A stretch of 64,000 nt of DNA from Octopus bimaculoides (Eukaryota): positions 67,256,209 to 67,320,208 of the forward strand of contig NC_068988.1 in assembly GCF_001194135.2 (NCBI RefSeq), written 5' to 3'. Position numbers and translations under genes: made by a program. The first letter of the stretch is position 1; each line of letters starts with the position of its first letter. The notes beneath the pieces were generated by a model. The model made no database searches, was not told the DNA's origin, and was given only the letters and a program-made list of their open reading frames with translations. Shown here one piece after another: positions 1 through 10,290 of this stretch.

Positions 1-65
<65 letters not shown>

Positions 66-455
66 CAAACACACATACATATGTATACATATCGAATGTG
101 AATATATGGCGAAAAAGAAAGGAAAGCACAAGAACAATAAAAACATACGTCTCGTTCACGATGCCATTAACTCTTCTCAGTTCCGTTAAGTCAGGCAAAT
201 GGAAAGAGCTAATGCAGAAACATTTGGGGATAATGTACTCCGGCATAGAGGGTACATGGATGAGAAAAACCATTTGAAAACGGGAAGAGAATAGAGAAAC
301 TGAAAGAGTATTTTGAAAGTAAATAAAAACCAAGTGGAGTTGATGTACATGTTGTCTGTTGATTGTATCTACGTACCCATGCATATGGACATGAACACAG
401 ATACACGTACACATATGCATGTATTTGTATATAAACATATCCACACATATATATG

Positions 456-491
<36 letters not shown>

Positions 492-501
492 NNNNNNNNN
501 N

Positions 502-534
<33 letters not shown>

Positions 535-1023
535 TATATATACACATAAATGTTTATTATCAACAACAGATCAACCATTATCCCTTAAAGTTATTTCAAT
601 TAATACTCAGTGAATTAATTAGAGCATACTATCTTCAGTGGGAGAAAATATATTCTGAGATGGTTTATACGTGTGGTCTGCTATAATGAATCCATAAACA
701 CACATATAAACGTCTAAGGGTATATCATTTCTCTCTGAAGATATTAATCTCAGTGCATATGGATGTAATACTTAATTAATTCATTGAGTATTAATTGAAA
801 CAGCTGTAAGGGATAACGATTGATTTATTGTAGATAATAAGCATTTATTAACTTCACAATCTCCATTTTCTTTTACTTCATTTATATGAATATAAACCAC
901 ATGGTTTCATATATAAATCTATCATTTCAGGAAATCAATTCTCCCAAGATATTAGGTATTGAACCAGTATTTTCTAGGATGACACCATCCTTTCATGAAG
1001 CTAACGTAACTTCTAATCGAAAT

Positions 1024-1063
<40 letters not shown>

Positions 1064-1479
1064 TATACGTACATAAACACAGGTTTATACAAACAATAAT
1101 GTTTTGATACTCAGTTTTGGCTGGATTGATTTCCACGAAGAACTTAATTACCGCTTCTATCTGTCTGCATATGTATGAGGATGTATGCGCATATATGAGT
1201 ACGTGTGCAACTGTGTGGTGTAGAAGACAGCATTGAGATTTACAATGACAGTAATTTACAATCAATAATTATTGTTAATTCACCAAAATATTGAATAATG
1301 TATTGGAATATTTGTATCTGTAGATCTCTCAATGTCCACATTCAATTTGTTAAAATCGATGATTTAAAAAAAATTCTGACATCATCCAATAGTTCTGGAG
1401 CATTAGAAATCGCAAAAACCCCCAAAAAACAGAAGAAACCAAAAAGAAGAAAAATATATTACACAAAATTTTTACGTAC

Positions 1480-1675
1480 CTCATCTTCACCGTATGTAAA
1501 ATTCTGACTCTCACTTTTGGCTCTGCTAATTACTTCTCTTGAGAAGTTCTCGTACTCAGGGCTGGTGGGTTTTCTCAGAGAGACAGTCATCAGACTTTCG
1601 TATGCTTTTCGCGCCTTTTCGTTGCTTTCGGCTGTGTCGTTAGCACGGTACCATGGGTACATACTGGCGTTTTTA
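1480..1675 (-). CDS. Next internal coding exon (196 bp) of the same receptor gene
   Basis: ttgtctttgcag|T AAA AAC ... GAT GAG|gtacgt. Peptide (S)KNASMYPWYRANDTAESNEKARKAYESLMTVSLRKPTSPEYENFSREVISRAKSESQNFTYGEDE matches the NPR-family PW...A..AY..L.TV.LR.P..PEY..F motif and has four N-glycosylation sequons (NAS, NDT, NFS, NFT). Its start phase matches the end of the 58652 exon. Confidence 0.92.
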
Positions 1676-2401
1676 CTGCAAAGACAATAGTTCAAATATA
1701 ATTTGTCAGTAACCGAAATATTTCCACCAGCGGAATTTTATTAGGCGGGAATGTGATTAATTGCAGGTGCTCGAAGACAGGTAGGAAGATAGTATACTAA
1801 ACCATAGGACTGGTCTAAAAGCTAGCCACATAATGGAACTTGGTCTTGTGTCGAAAGGGCCTAGTGTTGGCAGATTGCGTCCAACAAACAAAGAGGCCAT
1901 AGTGGGATTTGACCAAATGAACATAAAATGCTGCAACAAATATTGCAAAGGTAGACTTTCTTTTCAACCTACCAATCCATTCGAATTCCGTTTGAACATT
2001 TTATCAAACACGAATGGATGAAAGACAAAGCCGGATTTGGCTGATTTTGAAATCCTTGTGCAAAACATTTCCGAATATTTGCACCATGAATTCAGAATGA
2101 GCTAAGGCCGAGTTTCCAGAAGCATTCGATCAAAGATTCTGCTAATATGTTTAACTTGGTAGTTAAGTCGTGCATTCCTCAACTATAAGATTACCTATTT
2201 CAACTCACTATCTCGTACAGTAAAAACAGTGATTTCAACAATAGCCGTAGGCTTATCCACGGATAGGACTGAAATTTGGATAACGAAACTTGTGTAGAAG
2301 CCGGCATTTGAGAGGGCTTGTAAAATAGTTCAGTGGTTTGCTAGCATTTTAAATGTGCCTCTGTGTATAATGTTATTTCTGTGTGTTACCTATTCAGAAG
2401 T

Positions 2402-2775
2402 GGAGGCGCAATGGCCCAGTGGTTAGGGCAGCGGACTCGCGGTCATAGGATCGCGGTTTCGATTCCCAGACCAGGCGTTGTGAGTGTGTATTGAGCGAAA
2501 ACACCTAAAGCACCAGGAGGCGCAGGCAGGGGATGCTGGCGAACCCTGCTGTACTCTTCCACCACAACTTTCTCTCTCTCTTCCTGTTTCTGTTGTACCT
2601 GTATTTCAAAGGGTCAGCATTGTCACACTGTCACGATGAATATCCCCGAGAACTACGTTAAGGGTACACGTGTCTGTGGAGTGCTCAGCCACTTGCACGT
2701 TAATTTCACGAAGAGGCTGTCCCATTGATCAAGTGAAACCCTCGACGTCGTAAGCGATGGAGTGCCAAGAACAAT
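2402..2775 (+). mobile_element. tRNA-derived SINE (family C here)
   Basis: A box TGGCCCAGTGG at ~2412, B box GGTTTCGATTCC at ~2455, body ending ggagtgccaagaacaa. Its 3' half is shared with the 9560-9872 copy. Confidence 0.8.
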
Positions 2776-3065
2776 CTATTCAGAGATTCTACAAAAGATC
2801 ATGAGTTGAATCACTCCCACACTGATAAAGCCATTAAAAAAGATCCAGCGATAACATCACCGCCCTCGTATTATACATATATATATGTTCCTACGAAATA
2901 CACATATAAATGAATGTTGTAATGAAAAATATTTCCAGCGATAAAAATCACAGTTGACTTGTATAATAATCAATATTTACAGGCGATTGTTTAAAATATT
3001 TATGAGTATACGTAATATTGAAATATCGCTTAGCACGCGCACACACATAAACATGCACACATGGA

Positions 3066-3125
<60 letters not shown>

Positions 3126-4153
3126 AATACACACACTTATACACACATATATATATATTCATGTAAAATGCATATATTGTCTAATGCATATTTTGTCCAT
3201 GCCTAAAACACAAATATGGCATAAAATCTCTGATTTTCACATGGATATTTGAAATGCAGATATTTAGGGACTCGTTTTATAAAGAAAATTTTAAACTTGT
3301 TTCGCACATTAGAAATTGGCTGTAATAAAAAATTTGTAAAATTTTACAATGTCAAGGAGATTATTATGAATTGTTTATTACATCCCTCAATATCACAACC
3401 TCCGACACGCAAAAGAACTCACTCTACACATCCTTCACAATTAAAAGTGGCATTCAATGGAATTTATTCTCTTGAAATTCATTCCTCATATAAAGAGAAT
3501 AAACGTTAGAAATTTATTTATATTTTATTCATAACATTTAAGGATATAGGTTGTACTTCTATATATCCATTTAAGAGATTTTGTTCATGAATTGTTTATA
3601 TTAATCAAAATCAACAGCTTTTACAAATGTATCACAACGAAGCTGATAACAGAATTTCGAAAACATTATTTCCCTGATAGCAAATATCGAATATAATATG
3701 ATATCAGCAAGATTGCAAACCGATATATAGATTATTTCAACAGTAGGCCTACTTCTGGCAATCACGCAAGTATTTTTTGTATTTTTTTTAAAGGAACAGC
3801 AATAATAAAATACGATTAACAATAACAGTTGGAACGTTAAATCTATCACATGGTACGAAATGAATTTATGGTCTTTATGATTGTCCTGATTGAAAGAAAA
3901 GAGAATAAATATATACAACTAGAATAAATACACACACACATACACGCATACACTTACATGCGCGCGAGCGCTAAGGATAAATACATATATATTGACGTGT
4001 GGCATTCGAGAATAAAAGTGTTTCCAAGGTAATAAATGTGCCATTACTAAACTACTATTCATAACCACTATGTCAATATTGAGTAGACAGTTCACAGCAA
4101 AAAAGCATTTTATTTACTCTCAGTATCTTACTTTCCACTGGCACGCACACACG

Positions 4154-4201
<48 letters not shown>

Positions 4202-4698
4202 CACACACACACATACACACACACACACAAATGCAATTGTATGTATGCTGCATGCAAGATATTATCTCTATCATTCCATCATTTGTTCAATGGTGATAAA
4301 AACAGCGTTGGAAAATATATAGCACCCAACAACAGCATTGAATAGTATTCATGTTACCGGAGAACGCCCAGTTTCGCTTTTTCTCTGCGTCATGCATTTG
4401 TAATTAATCTGAGCATACATCGAATATTTTGCTTCATTACTGTCTTTAGGATTTAAAAAAAAATTGGCTCATGTTTCACAAGCCGCTGCCATAGGAATGA
4501 TAAATCCTTTTTCTTTCTTTAGGTTCGCCGAAATCACTGCCTAAGTTCAATGCCAGAAGGGGAGTGAATTTGTGATTCTGCTACACACCCTCATTCGATC
4601 TCAATAGGAAGTAGTGTTCAAATACTTGTTTCTCATGTTTTAGGTCTGTACTTAACGGCCTGTATTTAATGTGCCTGTACATAATGTGTGTAAGGTAC

Positions 4699-5029
4699 TG
4701 TTACTTCAACAAGCCAGACCACACGAGAAGGTTGCAGGGTTGCCTCATTCTTGCCTCATTCTTGCAAATATGAGCTCTTATAAATCCACTTACTCCTACC
4801 AATCAGTGACACGATGTGAGAGTCTAGGGTGTAGCTTTCTACCATCAATGCTCCAGCATTGTCTTTTCCGGTCCTTGGTCATCAAAGCAATATGTAACAT
4901 CAAGCTAATCCTTATTGCATCACTGCTTTAGTGGATAGGCAAGGGTACTTAGGATATGGTTAAGCTACTAACCATTTTCTGCAAGGGATTATGTGCATAC
5001 AGTAGAATATGCACCAGTTATTCATAACA
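4699..5029. mobile_element. Candidate solo LTR (331 bp)
   Basis: TGTTA...TAACA inverted termini, internal TTATAAA and CCAAT, GC above background. No matching TSD (ggtac / ttgac). Confidence 0.35.
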
Positions 5030-5515
5030 TTGACACCCATGATAATCACTAATCTTCAGCCTTTATGTCTCAAACTAGCGGGTAGAAAATGCTTCATACA
5101 AGAAACTCAAGCGAAGTCGAAACCTCGCTGGTTATATTTTCTCCAACAATTTGGACGATATTAAATTTTTTCTCAACTGACCCCAGTCTCCTCGGTGCGT
5201 TGCACTTCTCTAATCTAACTGCTTTACTCACAATCTTTTCTTCGGCATAAAAATGGCAAATTTCTCTCGTCAATATCACTCGTTTCCCTTTGTAGTACTG
5301 CCAGCTCTCTGGTTCATATTTAAACCATTTCATGCCTAAACCCGTGTGTTCTGTCTTCTATTACCTATATTACTTCTTGGGTTGCGTTTTTTATATTGAC
5401 ACCTTCTCTACGCTTTATTTTCTTCCAGTCAACACTGTTGGCAGAGATGCGGAGCATAGATACTTGTGCATATAATTATATAGGCATTTACATAGAAGGA
5501 GAAAAATTCGTGCGT

Positions 5516-5516
<1 letters not shown>

Positions 5517-5613
<97 letters not shown>

Positions 5614-5615
5614 AC
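5517..5615. repeat. Long (CA)n microsatellite, representative of many (CA)n, (TA)n and (AG)n tracts (e.g. 1-60, 3067-3122, 4145-4228, 14182-14500, 34925-35105, 44448-44522, 51070-51320, 54880-54980, 58845-59030)
   Basis: Direct inspection. Confidence 0.97.
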
Positions 5616-5949
5616 ACAGAGGCATACACACATATACAGACTGATTTACATACGCATATCATCCTGATTTTAAAATTAGATATACGTAACGATACACACA
5701 ATAGGCAATTATTTGCATAAATTACAGAAGTAGAACGTATTTTCCAACTAAAATTTACATTTACTTTTAAATAGTGTAAAACATATACTGATAGAGAGTA
5801 CACACTCAACTCTATCCCTTGATGTCTCTCATCCCATAATAACAACAACAACAGCAGCAGCAACAATAGCGAAGCGGCGATATGAACAACACTAGTAGCA
5901 GCAGAAATAACATCAATAACGATAATGATATTGATAATAATCCTTTCTA

Positions 5950-6260
5950 ATATGGGAACAAGGTCTGAAATTTATGGGGAAGAGACTAGTTGATTACTTC
6001 AATGGTACTTAATTTGCTGACTCTGAAAGGAAGAAAGGCAAAGTAATTTGAACTTGGAACGTAACCACGAACAAAGTGCTGCCAAGCATTTTGCCCGGCG
6101 TGCTAACTATTCTGCCAGCTCGCCGCCTTATTAATATGTTTACTACTATAGACACAAGGCTTTAAATTTTAAGGAAGGTGCTTGTTGACTACATTGAATC
6201 AAGGGTCCAAATGATGCTTATTCCAACGAACCCGAAACGATGAAAGAGGCACATTAGCCT
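5950..6260 (-). mobile_element. Two adjacent degenerate family-A tRNA-derived SINE copies
   Basis: Reverse complement of head aaggcggcgagctggcagaatagttagcacgccgggcaaaatgcttgg at 6085-6130; cccgaaacgatgaaag core at ~6230. Confidence 0.7.
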
Positions 6261-6340
6261 TGGAAGAATGTGCCATCAAAACGTAAAGGCAAACAAAATG
6301 TCTTTTGTCCGGTGTACTTTTGTCTGGCAGCGTTCCGCTT

Positions 6341-6342
<2 letters not shown>

Positions 6343-6372
<30 letters not shown>

Positions 6373-6380
6373 ATATTATT

Positions 6381-6455
<75 letters not shown>
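6343..6455. repeat. (AAT)n microsatellite, 5' flank of the R4-like LINE
   Basis: Direct inspection; contains a short inverted ATT patch. Confidence 0.95.
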
Positions 6456-6457
<2 letters not shown>

Positions 6458-7388
6458 ACTAGATACGATACAACACACAGAAATAAAAGAGAAAATAAAG
6501 AAAGAATATTACTATAGACGAGTTAGATCAATATTGAAAACAGAGCTCAATGCTAAAAACAAGATAATAGTCATTAACACTCTAGCCACCCAAGTTATAA
6601 GTTACAGCTACAATATCCTTAACTGGACACTAAATGAACTAACCAAAACAGACAGAAAAACAAGACAAATAATGACAGGATCTAGGATGCAACGCCAAAA
6701 ATCTAACATAGAAAGTTTATATATACAACGTATACAGGCGCAAGAGTGGCTGTGTGGTAAGTACCTCGCTTACCAACCCGTAACTTAGCAGTTCGGCATA
6801 AGGGACCGATAGAATAAGTACTAGGTAGACAGAGAATAAGTGCTTGGGTGGATTTGGGACCTACATATACTGGAAGCTATGCCAACGCTATGGAATAACA
6901 AAAGAAAAAAGATGGTATAGACACACGCCAGTAAAATGAGAAAGCAGCCGTACCATGGGATATGTCAATACACACAGATAGAGAAATTAAGCCCAATAGG
7001 CCAGATATAGTTGTCAGAGATAATGAAGAAAAAAATGCTTTCTAATTGATGTATCAATACCAGCAGAGGACAACGTTTCTCTGAAAGAAATGGAGAAACT
7101 TTCAAAATGCAAAGATCAGGAAATAGAGATAGCTCGAATGTGGTATCTAAGAACAGAAACAATTCCTATCATAGTGGGTGTATTAGGTAGGATAAAAAAA
7201 ATATTCAGACACATACATAACAAAAACACCAGGACTTACAAGTATATATATATAACATACATCCTACGCAAAACACTTTCAATACAGTAACCATAAGAGC
7301 ATCACAGCAAACCACAGCACATACCCAAGCACACAGAGCTGTGCTCGGTAGTGAAGTGAAAGCACGCTATAAAAATAAAACTACAGAT
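6453..7388 (+). mobile_element. 5'-truncated R4/Dong-clade non-LTR retrotransposon (RT C-terminus + RLE endonuclease), pseudogenised, subfamily alpha
   Basis: NELDTIQHTEIKEKIKKEYYYRRVRSILKTELNAKNKIIVINTLA...LNWTLNELTKTDRKTRQIM; then YIYWKLCQRYGITKEKRWYRHTP; RLE motif KPNRPDIVVRDNEEKKCFLIDVSIP and TIPIIVGVLG. 3' UTR runs into (AAT)n. Confidence 0.85.
6736..6860 (+). mobile_element. Internally deleted family-B SINE fragment inside the R4-like LINE
   Basis: Head aggcgcaagagtggctgtgtggtaagtacctcgcttaccaacc fused to cgtaacttagcagttcggc...gaccgatagaataagtactagg; both halves match the intact 38766-39166 copy. Confidence 0.8.
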
Positions 7389-7404
7389 TAATAATAACAA
7401 TAAC

Positions 7405-7451
<47 letters not shown>

Positions 7452-7480
7452 TAATAATAATAATAATAATAATGATAATA
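7389..7480. repeat. (AAT)n microsatellite, 3' tail/flank of the R4-like LINE
   Basis: Direct inspection. Confidence 0.95.
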
Positions 7481-8041
7481 AAAGCGTCGTATATATCTGT
7501 CCATTTGTCCTTCTGTCCGTCCGTCACACGTTATCCACAACTGAAGCGACGAAATTAACTATCATTGAAGTTACTCAATTTGGTCGTTGAAGTCACATAC
7601 GCAACATAAGAAAAAGGAAAGATTGTGTTCTATTTGTGGCTACAGTTTATTTTCCCTCGCACGCAACCTAAAATGATGGCTCTCTAATACTACAATCGAC
7701 TGCACGAAAATTAGATGAAAAAATAATAATGCAAATCACAACAAATTTTATAAAACCATGTGTTAGTTACACGTTAATACTACTGTAGACTTATTCACTG
7801 TATTAAATACAGTTCGTTCTACCACTTGAAGCTATTTAATTTTGAGGTGAATAATCTATTTCACAAAAGCTTTCTGTCAGCAAAACATTTAGTTCCACTG
7901 TTTGCAATTATTTTGCACGTAAGTATTGTTGATATACAAGAATTGTAAAATTGAAAAACAAGTTAGAAAATATTTCTTACCATGAATAAATATTTATTAT
8001 TTTCGACGGAAGAAGTATTATTTCAGAATAAGAGAACTGTA

Positions 8042-8914
8042 TGTATACTTTAAGTGTATATATTTCAAAGTGCTTCAAAACTGCGTATTCATCTGAAGAA
8101 AGTTTCTGTATTAGACTTATAGTGTTAAAAACACAGAATATCTCCAGCAGGTGACCTCCTACTACTCAAATTTCCCCATGCTGATAAGTTGTTGGATACG
8201 GATATCTGCTTGTTCACTTCATCAGTAGCAAATACTGACATCACCTTATGTCAAGCGAACATCGTTTGCTATCTGATATAGTTAAATAGTGTTTGAATGG
8301 TGACTACGTCACATTTCACCGGCAGGCTGAATAAATATTCATTATCATATACGGAAGCAGTATTAGTTCAATATTCACGATCCTTATTCATACTTTAACT
8401 GTTGAAAACTTTCTAAATGGCGGTATTCATCTTCATAATGTACCTCTTATACTGTTAAAAACACAGAAAAGTATTAACAGCAGGCGAAGGTCGCCCAACA
8501 TTTTTGGTGAACATGCTAGGTCCGGATTTCTCAAGATGAAAATTGAAATTCAAATGTCTTTCAAGATAATTCAAGTACGTATACAAATCGCTAATTTTGA
8601 ACGAATAATTTTCCCCTCACTAATAATGAAATTTTCTTCAACCCACCTGCTAAATGCAACATCAATGACCTATCAAACAGTGTTTATCTATATCAGCCGA
8701 TGTTTGCTTGACATGGTGCGGCGTGTATATTTGCTACTGATGAAGCTAACATGCAATCATTCAGATCTAGCAATATCACCATAATGCTGATCGACCCTTT
8801 CCTGCTGCTATTTCCCCGTGTTTTTAATACTACACACCTGTAAGAAGTACTTTTTCGTGTCGGATACCGCAGCTTAGAAGGATTTCAAAATGTATACACT
8901 TTATGTTTGTATAC
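8042..8914. repeat. Long degenerate inverted repeat (foldback) with ~330-bp internal periodicity
   Basis: ttcatcagtagcaaata at ~8218 is the exact reverse complement of tatttgctactgatgaa at ~8728. Matching blocks continue from ~8042/8914 inward to ~8430/8530. tgttaaaaacacagaa occurs at both ~8123 and ~8453. Confidence 0.75.
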
Positions 8915-9559
8915 AAATTGTTAATTGTGAATAAGCATATTTAAAAAAAAACATACGATTTACTGTTAAATTAATGTATAAAGAAATTTTTGTTAAGATA
9001 TTTCTCTGAAATGCTAAATGAATGTGACTAAAATAATTTAACAAAAAAGAATTGATTAAGTTTCATCGTCTGCACTACAAACGTTCAGAAGGAAAGTCGT
9101 ATTGCAAATATAAGAGCTTTCATATCGTTACCCAACCTATTAAAACAGCAGTCATGTCTCGTCGAAATCGGTCTGAAGACTCATCGTACATACGAACACA
9201 GAATATATTAATTACTTATAGAAACGTCAGCTAAATATATGTAAATATCTTACAGTATCATTAAAAAAAAAACAGAATATTTTTTGAAGAAATGTTTTTA
9301 GATAAACAAAATTCAAAGAGAACTTATTAATAATTCTGAGAAATACAACTTAAATTTCAATAATAAATCCAATGAAAAATTGTCTGGTATAACATATATG
9401 TTTTCTGAAAATAATAATAGTGGCAAAATCTATAATATTCTAAATCTTTCACTGACTGCATACATTTTATATTGAACGTAGTATAGCAAATGAATAAACA
9501 GTTTAATGTAAAAGAACAAAATTTGTGATCAGCAAAGCGAGGAGTAAAAAAAGAAAAAA

Positions 9560-9872
9560 AGGATCTGGCTCCCGTCAGTTAAAACAACGAGTTTCCCAGT
9601 CGATACGATACTGTTGTTGAAATTAACTTGCAAGTGGCAGAGTACTCCACAGAGATGAGTAACTTTAATTCGATTATAATGGAGATTCAGGGTTACACAG
9701 AATATGACAAGGCTGGCACTTTGAATTACGGGTAAAACTCAGTTTTGCCAGCTGAGTGGACTTAATCGACATGAAGTAAAATGTCTTGAAAGATAGGCGA
9801 TACTACTCAAAATTGAACCCACGGTCTTACAATCCTTAGCCGAATACTCTAACCATTAAGCCATGCACCTTC
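9560..9872 (-). mobile_element. tRNA-derived SINE related to family C
   Basis: Minus head gaaggtgcatggcttaatggttagagtattcgg...gggttcaatt; 9618-9650 matches 2676-2708 at 30/33 nt. Confidence 0.75.
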
Positions 9873-9899
9873 TCAAAGCCACAAGTACCTAACCAGTAA

Positions 9900-10290
9900 C
9901 AGCAATAGTCGTTTCTAACGTAGACGTACAACCTCGAATTTTATACGGCGGGTACTCCAGTACTTGAATGATACTTTATTTTATGGACCGCAGTTCATGA
10001 AAAGCAACGAACAATTGACTGCGGCAGGGTTTTGAACTCGAAATGTAAGGAGTCAGAACAAACATTCCGATATTAATAGTTATTTTAAAATTTGGCATAC
10101 GGCAAGCAGTCGAATGGGGAGTAGGTAGTCGAATACTCCAACTGTAGTTGATGGCTATTGCTTTATTTTATCGACAACGGAAAGATGAAAAGCAGAGTTG
10201 ATCACGGTGGGGGTCGAACTCAAAACGTAAAAAATGTGACTTGACACTTAAAGCATGTGACCCGACGCAGAGGAGATTTCGAAATATAAA
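9900..10290 (-). mobile_element. Two tandem degenerate family-A SINE copies
   Basis: Repeated ttatcgac...gatgaaaagc...ttgaactc motifs. Confidence 0.6.

Noticed and set aside
209-686. ORFs of (YI)n, (HT)n and (CV)n type here and throughout the window
   Set aside because: They are translations of TA/CA microsatellites, with no splice or domain support.
1-1479. Next receptor exon (expected VNxFVGAFHDAV-like)
   Set aside because: Not found on the minus strand. FHEA/VHDA-like words at ~150 and ~990 are on the wrong strand, so the exon probably lies outside the window.
1580-1605. CGAAAG..CTGATGA on the minus strand resembling hammerhead cores
   Set aside because: It lies within the coding exon (YESLMT) and lacks the required stems.
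6270-6788. 172-aa poly-Asn ORF as a host gene
   Set aside because: It is a chimera of SINE flank, (AAT)n, LINE and SINE sequence.
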